From positions 4,588,001 through 4,652,000 of the forward strand of contig OZ176055.1 of NCBI GenBank assembly GCA_964247055.1: a stretch of 64,000 nucleotides of DNA, given 5' to 3'. The position numbers and the translations under genes were made by a program. The notes under the pieces were generated by a model. That model made no database searches and was not told where the DNA came from. It was given only the letters and a program-made list of their open reading frames with translations. This DNA comes from Paragordius varius (taxonomy: Eukaryota > Animalia > Nematomorpha). Of the stretch, positions 1 through 14,494 are shown one piece after another (the stretch's first letter is position 1; every line of letters begins with the position of its first letter).

Positions 1-1689
1 ACAATTATTGTCATATTTAAATTTTATGAATAATATATGTGGATATCTTATTTCTGCATAATATGGATGGGTCACTTGAATAAAACTAATAAAAAGTGTA
101 AACCACTTAATTCTGATTTAGGAAGCAATACTTCCAAACATCGGTCACAAATAATTTTTTTAATGAAAATCGTTAAAAGATGAAATTAAAAACTCCTGTG
201 TTACCGTCTAAAATTATTTTTTAAGTAACACTTGTGCTATAAATAATAAAATTCATCTTTAATACCGTCTTTATTTATAGAGTATCAACGAGACTTATTT
301 TGTATATCGGTAAAATTTTAATTTCACAAACAGGATTTAAACCATTTGAAAACAAAATGTTAACACCGTAGTTTAGAGACTCGATCCTAAATACTAATTA
401 AATTCCACCTTACAGATCCTAAACCAATTTATTGAGATTATTTAAAAAATTTAGTTTTTATTAAAATTAAAGAGGCTAATAATTAATGAATTAACCATGA
501 AAATGAATTATATGCAAGATGAGAATCAGAATCATCCAATGACCAAATTTTTTTGATAAGTAATAGATTGTAAAATGCATTTTATATTTCATCGATAAGA
601 TCGAGGATAAATAAATATTAAAATTGTTATTAAGTATTTAACATTATTTATGGGCTATTTTTTTACTGAATCGAAAGAATTGTGGAGTGGCGATCAAATA
701 ATCCATGTGAACATACGAAAAAACAAGCAATATTTGTATTACAAATAATATAATTATAAGACGTAAATATAGGATTTGGGAATAAGTTTTATTTACTTAG
801 CAAAAGAGAAATCCGGAGCTATGACTAATTATGATTATATTTACATTTTATGTTTACATAAATATACGAAAAACGACATGTCAAAATATTTTTGGAACTA
901 TTATATTTATTCAAAATTCTCTCTTAATAATTTATTCTAAAGCTCATAAAATTTATATTGTAATGGTAATTAACGGATTGGTTATATTGAAATTTAATTT
1001 TATTCATATTTTATATTTGATCTTTACATAATATTTAAATAATCAGCCTTTGCAAGTATCGTTATGATTTGCTAGGATACAATAAATTAATGTCTTACAT
1101 GGGATAAAAATTAATTTTAAATATATTATTCCTACAAACATTACTAAATGTCTAAAACAAATATAATTATGGGTGGTATTAGAAAAGCTTGTCGAGTCTC
1201 ATAATTATTTATTATAAAAAATTAATGTATAACGCCATGGTGCGAAAATTTCTGTGCGAAAACTACTTTCTCTAACTCCTTCCTTCTCACAAAACTTGAA
1301 TGTCATATCATATCGTTCTTAGCACTCAAAATTAATCATGCGAATACGTTATACATTTTTACAAAAAAATCAAAAGAAAATTATGGGGTAGTAGGTGTTT
1401 GATAAATATCATGAATGACACAATACACTACTGCAAATGAGACTTATTTATAAACATAGGTACAATATTGCATAAAATATATAAATAATACTATAAAAGA
1501 ATACCGGTAATTGTTAAGAAAAAAATATATTGTAGAATCAACTTTTCCCTTGAAAATTGGATTTTTAACTAGTTCAAATACTATGCAATATTTTAATTAT
1601 TTACTTTAATAAAAAAATTTATCAAGCTCAATAGCTGTTTTGTAATCCTTATTCTAATTTAATTTAATTTTTTATTACATATATATATA

Positions 1690-2832
1690 CATTGTGTGCA
1701 AAAAAGAGGGTTAATTTTTAACAAAAAAAGTTATTTTTCATGAGATAGCTTATGATCAGTGAATTCGTTTGCCGCAAAAAATTTAATTTGTTAACGACCT
1801 AGTTTTGAATTATTGAGAGAAAATCGAAATCGGGCAAAAAATGAAAATTAAGGATAATTTAAAAAATAATCATAAAAATTGAGATATTATGGTTTATTAT
1901 TATTTTAGGATATATTTTCTGAGATAAATAGCCTAAAATCATATAAATAGGGTTTAAATAAGATCTTAGATCAAAAGATGGCGTTTTACTTTTAATACAC
2001 TTAAAAGACAAAATTTTTTTTATGAAACTATGTTAAAATAATTTTTTTAATATTTACTAGCTAAAATCATTATTAAAATCTTAACATTCAACTTCTATAT
2101 CAAAATAAACTAAAATTATTGTTTTTTATTTTTTCATTTTTTGTCATCTGATTTATCAGTGTATTACTGTTTAATTTTAAAATCTTAAATGAGTGGGAAT
2201 TGTAAAGTATACAATTTATGCAAAAGAGGATTAAAAGTAGTGGAATATCAACCAACAATACTTATAAATCCCTGTAACAAGTTTGTTTTAACACAAATTA
2301 ATATTTTTACTGGGATATGTACAGATTTTTTGTTGATTTTCCACTACTTGTAAATTTTATTTATAAATTTATATACTTTCTCCAGTAAATTTTTATACCG
2401 TCATAAACCAGCTGACAAAAAAATGAAAATATAAAAAACAATATTTTTTAGTTTTTTCTTATATAAAAGTAATATGAATGTTAAGATTTAATAGTGAGTT
2501 TAGCCAGTAAATAATTAAAAATAATTTAACATAGTTTCATAAAAAATTTTGTCTTTTAATTGTGTTAAAAGAAAAACCCCATCTTTTAAGCTGAGATTTT
2601 ATAGAAACCCTATTTATATGATTTTAGGATATTTATATATTGAAAATATTTTCTAAAAATAAACCATAATATATCAACTTTTATCATTATTTTTTAAATT
2701 ATCCTTAATTTTCACCTTTTGCCCGATTTCGATTTTCTCTTAATATTTTAAAACTAGGCCCTAAAAAATATTTTACGGCAAATGAAAACGCTGGTCATAA
2801 AAAATTATTTTGTTAAATTTTTTTTCACACAG
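1690..2832. mobile_element. Foldback/Tc1-like non-autonomous element with about 450-bp inverted arms
   Basis: About 1690-2165 is the imperfect reverse complement of about 2400-2832 (e.g. gagaaaatcgaaatcgggcaaaa vs ttttgcccgatttcgattttctc). Termini resemble TA|CA(T)TGTGTG and CACACAG|TA. Spacer about 235 bp, no ORF. Confidence 0.75.
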
Positions 2833-3169
2833 TAATATATATATATCGCTAAAATTGTAATAAAATCTTTTTTAAGAAAAACCATCACACGACATTATGT
2901 GTATGAGGTTAAATTGAGAATGAAGGTATATCCACTCCTTACTATAACTATAGAATCGATATACTAGGTTCTTATATTATTTGATATTTCGGTAGATATC
3001 TTAAACATTTAAATAAGGGTAGTTAAAATTATTACTAGCTTATTTAGAAAAAATTATGAGTGTATTAAACGTAGATGCAAATAAAGATGTATTTTCACGA
3101 TATTTTTGTTTTTTCATCCGTTCAATTAAATTAGTGCCATTAATCGATTACTAAGAATTTTATATACAA

Positions 3170-4894
3170 CTAGTGTAAATCTCGTGCTGCTACGCAGCCT
3201 GAGGAAGTCCTTCGGACTTTTGGGGGGGCTATTTGAAAAAAGGGATTAATAAAATGATCCATATATGTGGTTTATTTCAAAGCATTATTTAATAGTTATG
3301 ATCTCATAGGATTTTCAAATCGGTGCATTCATACTAGTATATTGTTTAATGGTGTAAAGGCCCCAAATTGACGGATAACGGAAAAAACCGCTATACTATA
3401 ATTTTTACCTTTTTATGGGTAATATTTAAAGCCTTTATTGAACTCGTATGGCTTCTTAAGTTTTTTGAAAATCAGCTCGGCAGGTATAAAAAAGCGTTCG
3501 ACAAAATTTTTGTCTTTATATGGGGAATATTTGGAATTATAATGTCCATATATTCCTATAAGTTCTTGGAAATATTGCTTCAAAACTAAAAAATTGTTCT
3601 ATGGCGGCGAATTTTTCAGGGCGTAAAACTTTTCTTAGCGACTCATTGAAATAACCCCCTATACTAAAATATTTGTTTTTTCAGGGGTAAATTTTAGACC
3701 CTTATTGAACTCACATTGTCTCATAGGTTTTCTGAAATTTGGCTCCAAAGGCATGCGGTATCGATATAGTGACCCATTTTTACGCGGGTGGTTCCCTACC
3801 CTGGGGCCAATATAAAAAAGACGTTCGATAATATTTTTGCCTTTATATGGTAATACCTGGAATTATCATTCATTCCATATCTTCTTAATAGTTTATGGAA
3901 GAATGTCAAAACTAAATAATAGTTCAATGATAGCGCATTTTAGGGCGTAAAGGGCCTATTTAACCGCTAATTTTAAAAAACCGGTCGGCTTAAATTTTTG
4001 CCTTTTTACGGTTCATATTTCAGGCCCATATTAAACTTATGTAGATTGATAAGTTTTCTGAAAATTAACTCCTAAACAACGCAATTTCGATATGGTGGCG
4101 CAGTTTTAGTGATAGCCCCCTACCCAGAGGCTGATACAAAAAAAGCCCTTGATTAAAATTTTTGCCTATTTACGGAGAATACCTGGAATCATGATTGATT
4201 CCATATGCTCTCATTAGTTTTTGGAAAGATTGTCTCTATGGTGGCGCATTTTTCAGGGCATGGAGGACCTGATTAACGGCTAACGGGTAATATTTTAAGC
4301 ACCTATTAAACTCATATGCCTGATAGGTTCTCTGAAATTTAGCCCCAAAGGCACGCTATTTCGATATGACGGATCAGCTTTTAGCGGGTATCTCCTTACC
4401 CAACAGCTATTATCAAAAAAACGCTTGACTAAAATATTTGCCTTTTAACAGAAAATACATAATATCCTTATTGAACATTTACGGTCTCATACCTTGGGCG
4501 AAAAATAGATTCAAAAAATTATTTTTGTGGACTTTGTTTTTTGAAAAAAATGGCATTTTACGGGGGGAGCGGGTAAAAAGAGGGCCTAAATTAATAAAGC
4601 GAGCCGATTATGTTCGGCGCAATCAAAAATAAGTAAACAAAAATCATATTTGGAATTTGGTCCAACACGTTCTCCGGAACATTGTCTCAAAGACACGATT
4701 TTTGTGGACTTGTGTTTTCAAAAAACCCGTTTTTCACACGGGGTGGGCCCGAACTGGGGGCCTATTTCAAAAAAAGGGCAAAAATATTGTCGGGGCATTC
4801 ATTAATGATTATATTTTTTCGACATTTAGATTTGAATGGGTCCCCGGTAAACAGATAACAAAGCCACCACTTTCCATTTTTATAAATATATAGA
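3170..4894 (-). mobile_element. Non-autonomous Helitron, 1.7 kb, with internal tandem units of about 275-330 bp
   Basis: On the minus strand it begins A|TCTATATATTTATAAAAATGG and ends with hairpin GCTGC-GTA-GCAGC, then ACGAGATTTACA-CTAG|T. It sits at an A|T site with no TSD. Both ends are shared with the copy at 33290-33812. Confidence 0.85.
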
Positions 4895-5984
4895 TTTATC
4901 AAAGAACTTATACAATTTTTTTTCTATCAATACAATTAATTTTTATCTAAAATGGGGTTTAATGAAATGACTACCCTGCTCACGGCCATAAATGGATAAT
5001 TTTATCTGATGAACTTTTTAATTTGCAAAAAATGCGTCCGACATTTTATTTTTAATGATAGATATGAGTGGCGTAAACATATTTTCGTCGAGTGATATTT
5101 ACATTTTAACGCTTTCAGATTAATACGTGGAAGACCTTTTCTTTGTTTACGATGATAATAAATAATTTTTTGTGAATTAGCCGGTGGGGGCTAAACACGG
5201 CCTAATTTAAAAAATTGCCGTCACTATGATGGTCGCGTTGAAATAGAAAACGTATGAATTAGTTGCAAAGAGGCTTATACGTTTCCCGAAATGCTAAGTC
5301 GCGATATTTTATGTAGCTTAATTAGGTTGGGGATCTATCCAAGCGTTTACCTTTACGTTCATATGACAAATACAGAAGATCATTTAATATATATGATATC
5401 TTTCCGTAATGTTGATTTGAATAATATTTTTAGCACACTAAAAATTTACGGGGTAACGCGGCTAAAAACACGGGCTTAATCAAAATCTTTATCTACTAAG
5501 ATCTAATTAATAATACCTAACAAAGAATTTACCTGATGAAATATATAATCTTATAGAAAAAGAATTATCATGGTGCTTTTGACTCTTTCGAGTGATTTAA
5601 AAAAGTTATTTACACTTTTGTGGTATCCATTTCCATATCAAGAAATGGCAAAATTTGCACACATATTTTGAAATATTTTTTTTAGTGAAAGCTAGGCTTC
5701 ATTACAAAAAAATTACTAAAATATACTATAAACTGCATATAAAAAGCAAACAATATTTTCAAGAAATATTAATTTTTAGATGGAGATCCAGAAGTCTCAA
5801 ATTATTTTGCTTTTAATGGGCTAGTCCTCATATAATAAACGCAAAATGCAGGGATTGCGCGATAAAAATTAAATATATTCTAAATTTTGATATCAACTAA
5901 AAATATATTTTAAAAAAATTATTTTTAGCAAAATTTAATTGAAGCGTACTTCATACTTCTTGAATTATGATGGAAATTGTTTAA

Positions 5985-6511
5985 CACTTGGATACAACAT
6001 TATCATTTCAGTCCTTCGGTTCAAAAATGGGGTCGTTGAAAACCCCATACTTATATAAAATTAAATATTATAAACAATATGGAATAAATTGAAACCATGG
6101 CAAAAGTTTGCTCTTATATAACATAATGAACCGAAATATAAAAAAATCATTAAATAGTTCATATTACTTATTCAGAGGTTAAACGCAAAGGTAAAAGTGC
6201 TTAAGCTAAATATAAAAATAATGCAAAATATATCACTTTTTCTGTTTATATTATTGTTAAATGGGATTTTAATAAAATAGACTTAATTTTAGCCTAAGAA
6301 TCAAATTAACACAAGCAAAAATGTTGTAAATAAAAATGGCGTCGAAGCAGTTTGTTACGGGACTTTTTTAAAAAACTAAATTTTATTTAGATATTCTGGC
6401 TTATTTATATAATTGTTAGGATAGCAAAAATAGAATTTGAACCATTTTTTCAGTAGTTTAAAATATATTTAAATATTCTTTGGGTTATATATATACTCCA
6501 ATATGAAAACG
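5985..6511. mobile_element. Older, inverted piggyBac-type MITE copy
   Basis: TTAA|CACTTGGATAC start, GGGGTCGTTGAAAACCCC, CCATGGCAAAA, ATGGCGTCGAAG, ending at G|TTAA. It is a diverged reverse complement of 6755-7337. Confidence 0.65.
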
Positions 6512-6754
6512 TTAAAAACGCTTAAGGATATCATAAAAACTTTTATATTTAACTTGATTATGCTGAACATTTCTATCATCTCAGAATTTTGATTTAAAGG
6601 TTTGTTTGCTTAAAAATTTTGATATTTTTGTAAAAAACAAATATTTATTCAACATAAATTTGATGATGGACAAATATTTTAATCGTTTGAAGGTGTAGAA
6701 ATGTTCGGAATCATTTATCCAAAAAAAGTGTTTTAATGATATTTTTTACTTTAA

Positions 6755-7337
6755 GACTTCGATTCAAATTGGGGTATCTAAATACCCCGGACTTAATTTA
6801 AGTTAGGATTATTAAAAAACTACTGAAGGAAATGGTCCCAATTTAAATTTATGCTTCTATCATAATTAAAATTATATAAATATGCCAAAATATCTAAATA
6901 AAATTTTGTTTTTGAAAAAAAAGTTCCATCTCAAACTACATCGACGCCATTTTTATTTTACAAATTTTTTGCAAAATATCGTTTTCATTTAATTTTAAGG
7001 GTAAAATTGAAGCTGATGTTATATTTAAATTACATCTAACATTGATAGATATAGAAAAAGGGGTTTATTTTGTATTATTTTTCAATTTAATTATTGAACA
7101 TATGTTACGTTGACTAAATTTTTACCTTTCGGTTTTAGCTTAAAATAAACAATATTAAGTATTTTCGAATAAATATTTTTATATATTTCGGTTTATTAAT
7201 GTTATATAAATGCAAAATTCTGCCATGGTTTCGATTCCTTCCATATTTTTTAAAAAATTTAATTTTAAACAGGCCTGGGGTATTTAACTACCCCAATTCG
7301 AATCGAAGGACTAAAATGAATGTGTTGTATCCAAGTG
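6755..7337. mobile_element. piggyBac-type MITE copy
   Basis: TTAA flanks, right end ATCCAAGTG|TTAA, closely similar along its length to 18794-19343. Confidence 0.8.
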
Positions 7338-8501
7338 TTAAAAGCGTTTTTATAATGATTAATTATAGTATAAAGCAGACATTAACGAAATCTTGCCAAA
7401 AATTAAATTTTTTTAAAAAATATGCATTTTTTTTAAAAAAATTTTAGTTGATATCAAAATTTAGCATTTTAAAATTTTTATTCCACATCGGCATTGCGTT
7501 TACTTAAGATTACTAGCCTATTTTAGAAGAACAAAAAATCGGGATTCCGAAGCCCACATCTAAAAATTAAATTTCTTTAAAAATATGTACTTTTTATGTG
7601 TAGTTTATCGTGTATTATAGTGATAAAACTTGGAATGAAACCTTTAACTTTAACAAAAAATGTTTATATCAAAATATGTGCGCAAATTATGCCATATTCT
7701 GATACTCAGCACTAGTGTAAACTTTCATATATCATCGTGGCCAAAACTAAAGGCATTATAAATAGCCTTATATATTATCGGAATATATATATTTCAGTAT
7801 ATTATTTTATATAATTCCCGATTTCGAAAGCAGTGTAAGTGAATTATATTATGTTATATAAAGTTATAGGACCTCATAAACCGAAAGTGTTTCTCAAGAC
7901 TCAATATCGTTTAAAAGTATCAATTTATGAGTGGGTCTGATCAGGGGTTAAATCCACTTTTGTTTTTATCTATATATAATAAAGAACACGTAAAATATTT
8001 ATAGATTTTATACAGTTTTATAACTTAAGCGACTTTTTAAGCTATGTTTTGTTTAATGGTGGCGCATTTTAAAAGAGTAGAGCTGACCCAGCGGCTTATT
8101 AAAAAAGCGCCCCAATAATATTTTCCATACGGCTATTGTTTAAATAATTATTATTTTATATTACTACAAAAACTATAATCTCCTGTAAAAAGCTTCTAAA
8201 TCAATAACACCACTACAATACTTTATTTTCAAAATCTATAGTTTTATCAGGATAGTTTTGTGTCCCAATTTAAGGCAATTTTTAAGCAAGTATATAAAAA
8301 ATATTTTTCTGCGATATTTATTAATATTGTCCATCATATTTGGGTCAATTTTATTTAAAAAGCCTCTGAGATAAAAAAAATCGTAAAAATGTTTCAAATT
8401 TATATTTTTTTGTACTTTTTTGCATATTTAAGATATCATCAGTTTATCTGTGTGAACACAGTTTATAGAATTGAATAATTTAACTTTTAAATCACCTTTG
8501 A

Positions 8502-11500
8502 ATGAGTGCTCCCCCGTTGAGTGAACATGATAGAAGAAAACAAATAAGTGTGAGAGGAATAGCGCAAGTCGAAAATGTTTCAGAATTCAAAAAGGGATTT
8601 AATCGTCACTTACATTATACGGTCGTTAAAGATCGAAATGTGGCTACAACACGAGATTATTATTTTGCGTTGGCTTATACTGTAAGAGATCATTTAGTTG
8701 GCCGTTGGATACGAACACAACAATATTACTATGAAAATGACCCTAAAGTTAATTTTAACCTTACATTTTTAGCGTGTCTATTATCTTTCATTGGAATATT
8801 ATATGGGGAGAACCCTGACAAATACTATGATGAATTTAGGAATCTCAAGTTCTGTCGATGAATCTTTATACCAAGTATATTTTTTGTTTATATATAAATT
8901 TAGCTCGGTCTTGATATTGAAGAGTTGGAAGATATGGAAGAGGACGCTGGTCTGGGAAATGGTGGTCTAGGTCGATTAGCCGCCTGTTTTATGGACTCGA
9001 TGGCAACGTTAGGTCTTGCCTCACACGGTTATGGTATTCGTTACGAGTATGGCATATTCACACAAAAAATTGTTAATGGTTGGCAGGTATAATTCTAAAT
9101 TATTTATTATATCACTTTTTTATTTATATATTTCTTAAACCCTATATATTTGGCATATTTTCGGTTATTTTAAATGTTTTTTTCATATTCGTTAGGTTTT
9201 TTATTAAATCTTTATACAATATTTCCCAAAAAAATTTTATAGTTGGCAGATATATCATCTTTTATATACCCTTATTTACTTTTTCCAAACAACAAATTTG
9301 GCTAGATGAAATTTATAATTCTGCGAAAAACTTTGTATGACAATTAATTTTTTGCTATATTTTATAGCAGGAGTGTTCAACACAAATATCGCGGGCTGCT
9401 TTGATAATTTTTGTTTTATTCATATAACTTAAGTTCAATTTGGAGGTTTTATCTTACAAGGGATCCTAAATTTAAGATTATCCAATTTGTAATTCTTTTT
9501 TAACATATGTATTTTTATGTTTCGAAAAAAGCGGGTATGCCTTGTTTTGGAGTTTTTTTATTTTATTTCTGCTTTTATCTTTAGAGAACTTAAAAATCGG
9601 TTTTATTTTGTTTGGCATAATTTTTGGATATATATATATGCCATATGTCAAACATTTTCACATAATTAGTTATTATGCTAAAAAAGAAGATCAATACTTT
9701 ATGAATTATTTATATATGGTAGGTTGAAGAACCTGATGAATGGTTGCGTTTTGGTAATCCTTGGGAAAAATCACGTCCCGAATACATTATTCCAGTGCAC
9801 TTTTTTGGCAAGGTGGCACATTACCCTGATGGAGTTAAATGGATTGATACTCAAGTACACTATTTATCACTTTTTTGTTTAAAAGTTATTTAAGAATATT
9901 CTATTATCCATCACCGAAATGTGAAAAACTCCCTATTTTAAATAAATTATATGTATATCGTATTACAACTCCTACATTAAAAGCTTTTTACAATCGGAAT
10001 AGTTTATGTATAATCTAAATGTTATAATTAGTTTTAATTATCAATGGTGAGTTCATATTTTTTTCTCATAAATTATATAATACATATCATATTTCTCTTT
10101 TTCCTTTTTGCGATTAATATATTAAATTTTCTAGTTGGTTAATGCAATGCCTTTCGATACACCGGTTCCTGGATACCATAACAATACTGTTAATAATCTT
10201 CGTTTATGGTCCGCTAAGGCGCAACACAGCTTTTGTCTTAATTTCTGTATTCCATTTTTTATTGATTTTTAATTAGGATTAAAGTTAAATTAATTTTGAA
10301 AATAAATTTGCAATTTGATAATTTTGGATGGGGGCACCAACATTTTTTAACTATATATTTGTATGGAAACCATTATTAAACATTTTATAAAATTTACGCA
10401 TTTAAATAAAATTATAAATATTATTTTTATTATTAAATAATAATAGTTAACAGCGGTCAGTACATACAAGCTATCATGGACAGAAACAATTCGGAAAATA
10501 TTACCCGTGTTTTGTACCCCAATGATAACGTAACTTACACTTTATTGATTATATACATTTAATGGATTTTTCGACATAAAATTTTTTGATTGATTATAGT
10601 TTTTTGAGGGCAAAGAGCTCCGATTGAAACAAGAATACTTTATGGTTGCTGCAACACTACAAGATATCATTCGGCGTTTTAAGTCTTCGAAATTTGGTTC
10701 TCGGGAACCGATTAGAACTTCGTTTGCAACATTTCCCGACAAAGTTGCCATTCAATTGAATGATACGCATCCGAGTTTAGTTATACCTGAACTTATGCGA
10801 ATACTTATGGATATCGAGGGTCTGGCATGGGATACGGTAATTTAGTTTTTCCTGTGAAGCAATTAATTTTAGGGATGGTATAGATTTTAAACTTAGAATA
10901 AAAAGTCTTTTTTATATAAAATTGAATTAGTATAAATATAAATAATAAGTGTATGGTTTTGCTTAAAATATATAATATCAAAAAATTTATAATTTCTCAT
11001 ATTATTTATATAAAATAATTGTTATAGCCATCAAAAACGATAGAATTGCGCTCCCAATAATTTAATTTAGGATTTTTTTTATTTATTATCACTAATATTG
11101 TTTATCAAAGTTTTTTATGTTAAGTATATTGTTAATATTTAAATTCAATTTACCTTCACGTGCTAAATTACATAAAGTTATATTATGTGAAAAAATATAC
11201 ATATTATTCTAATTAACACAAGGAAAATTTAACCCTTTTCCTAGGTCAAGTTTTTTCCATAAAGGGTTATAATAGATACTTATTTTTTGTTAATAAATTT
11301 TATATCATTTCAAAATTTTATTTGTTAAGTAATAAATTTTATTTTTTGATCGATAAATCATGTTTACATTCATATTTGGCACAAAGTCCCCTTTTATTTT
11401 TATAATGTACATATTATGTGTCATTATATATAATATTGTGCACCCGTCTTCTATATCTATTTTGATATTTAATCCAAATAGTTGTTTTTAATAACAACTT

Positions 11501-14456
11501 TATTACCTTATCAATTTTTATATAAAAATTATTTTTTGGTAATTTAACCTAGAACTTAAATTTTTATTATCATATTATTGTAAATTGATTTTGCTAAAAT
11601 ATAAGGATCAAACATTTTAAAACTAAAAAATATTAATAGTTTTGGAACTTCCATATTCTAAAACATGGATATAACTTAAATCCATTTGAAACTAACAGCT
11701 GATTTTATATGTTTACTGAAAATTTTCTGTCAAACATATTCAAATTCAAATTAATTAATTTAATTTGATCCTAATTTTTTTATAATGCGCCTAAAAGTCC
11801 ATAGAAAATGGATTATTTGGCTTAAAATCACATATTTTTTTTAATTTGAATAACTTTGAGCTAGAAACTACCCGAAAAGATCCGAAAGTATTAAATGCCT
11901 CTGTATGTTTATTTTATTTCAAATTTTCTTACATTACTAATTTTTAATGAATTCTGTATTATATTTTTTAGGCATGGGACATTACGACTAAAACATGCGG
12001 TTACACCAATCACACTGTATTGCCCGAGGCTTTGGAACGTTGGCCAGTTAATATGTTTGAATTGCTGTTACCGAGACATTTGGAAATTATATATGAAATT
12101 AATTCCCGATTTTTGCAGGTCATTTTTTTCTCCTAGTGTCATAGTTAAGAAATGTGTATTAAGTTTAATATGGTAAATTATTTAAAAAAGCCATTTGAAA
12201 TAAATTAATTGTCCTTAAAAGTTTTGCAAACATGGTGGGTAGATTATAATTAAATTATCCAGACATATAAAGTTTGGAAATTTAGCCCATATCTTACAGT
12301 ATGCATTTTAATGGTTGCTTATTTCACACTATAGTTGGGCAATTCGCATCACAAGAGCTTATGGAAAAGCAACAAAATGTTGAATAAACAATCTTTACCT
12401 TTCTTTCTTTCGATAGACTACTGTGTTGCAAATTACCCTACTATAGTCTGAAATGAGCAACCATTAATATGCATTGTGTTACTAACTTTTTATTAGAATT
12501 TAAATCATGATTATGATATACCATTTACAATTCAATTTCTCCCTTAAACAATTCAAATTCACCCTTGAACAATTCAAATTCACCCTCGAACAATTCAAAT
12601 TCACCCTCAAATAAAATATATGTTTTTTAAGATTAAAAATTATTTATATTTTATATATTTTAAAAATTTTGTTTTGAATTAAAATAATACTGAAAAAAAT
12701 AATAAATTATACCATAAACATAAATTTCATATTAATAATGAATTATATTAGTTCGAAAACACATAATTTATTTTTAGGGTTTTGAATTGTTCAAAGGTGA
12801 ATTTGAATTGTTCAAGGGTGAATTTGAATTGTTTAAGGGTGAATTTGAACTGTAAATGGTATATAATTAAAATACTATTCATACAATTAACAACATTTCA
12901 GAATCTAAGGTATTTAAATTTTTATTTTTCAAAAATTTTATCATCCACAATAGTTGGTTAAAGAAAAGTGGCCACATGATGATTCCCGGCTTCGTAGAAT
13001 GTCTCTAATCGAAGAAGATGGAGGCAAACGCATTAATATGGCCCATTTATCGATTGTCGGGAGTCATGCTGTTAATGGTGTTGCCGCCATACACACAGAA
13101 ATTATCAAGAACACCACGTAAGAAATTTCGAATTTGATTTGCTTGCCAAAATTTGTGTGACATTTTATTGCTGTATAGCCGCAAATTTATACATATACGA
13201 TTTAATATAAAAAAGTAAAACTGTGGTTTCTTTTTAAAAAACCAGATTTAGATTTTTTATTTTTTGCTATAGTTTATACGATTGGATTTGTTAAAATGGA
13301 CTTGAGGGTCTCTCGACTTCAAAGCCTAGTCGTATTAGTCTATCTAAAATTAGAAATTATGGCTTATAATAAAAAAAGCGTTTTTACTATTTAAATTACG
13401 CATTATTATAAAACCTGACTTTTATTTACACATATCAGCCTTATATTAACATCTTTATTTTGTTTATATATAAAAGTTTAACGGTAACTATATCATTTTA
13501 TATTATTATTTGTGAATTTAAACGGTAAATTTATCATTTTATATGTTAGGTTCCATGATTTCTATGAATTATGGCCCCAAAAGTTCCAAAATAAAACGAA
13601 TGGTATTACACCACGTCGTTGGCTTTTATTGTGCAATCCAGGTCTTTCTGATGTGATAGCCGATGTAATTATGACTTAAATATTAATTTATTACAAAGTT
13701 TCACCAAAAAATATTAAAGTTATATTGATGTTTCATGTAGAAAATTGGAGATAGCTTTGTGACACATCTCTATGAGCTTAAACAATTGCGTGATCATTTG
13801 GATAATAAGGCTTTTGTGTTGGCCGTAATGAAAGCCAAACAGGTACAATTATATTTTACATGAAATTTGTGGTAATCAATAAGTTATGGCGCCTTGTTAA
13901 TTATTTTTTAGTTTTAAGTTTTGAAAGATTTATTGACAAAAATGTAACAAAAATAGAATATAATGTAATTATAAAAAATAGCACTATGTTCCTAATCAAT
14001 AATGGCGCATTAACATGAAATAATTTTTTTGAGATTAAAATAATTTATATTAACCAAACCAATTTTCATTATTTAATTGAAAATAATAATAGGATCGACA
14101 AACTTTATCAAGTGTGAAATGAAATCTTTCAATCAAAATAATAATTATATTAAATTTTAATTTTGATAAATATTCTGTTTTAATATTTCTTCTAAATATA
14201 TACCACCCTATCATACACATTATTTTGTAGGAGAATAAACTTAGATTTGCGTCGTTTATTGAGAAACATTATAACATTACGGTTGATCCGTCGGCCATGT
14301 TTGATGTGCAAATCAAAAGAATTCACGAATATAAGCGACAATTGCTTAATTGCTTGCATATGATTACGCTTTACAATAGAATTAAGAAAAATCCCAATGC
14401 CACTTTTACGCCCAGAGTCATAATGGTTGGAGGAAAGGTATTTACAATATTTTATA

Positions 14457-14494
<38 letters not shown>

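Noticed and set aside
1-1400. Short protein-like stretches near 495-560 and 665-750, and ORF 831-1031
   Set aside because: Interrupted by stops, low complexity, and no coherent exon model.
4438-4893. ORFs 4438-4632 and 4657-4893, repeated at 33291-33796
   Set aside because: They lie inside Helitron copies, have no recognisable domain, and recur only because the element recurs.
7199-7447. [16 protein letters not shown]... also at 29342-29569
   Set aside because: Chance ORF within piggyBac-type MITE copies; not transposase-like.
12531-12610. Regular 21-bp repeats resembling a CRISPR array
   Set aside because: No unique spacers, eukaryotic context, and the repeats form the inverted arms of a MITE.
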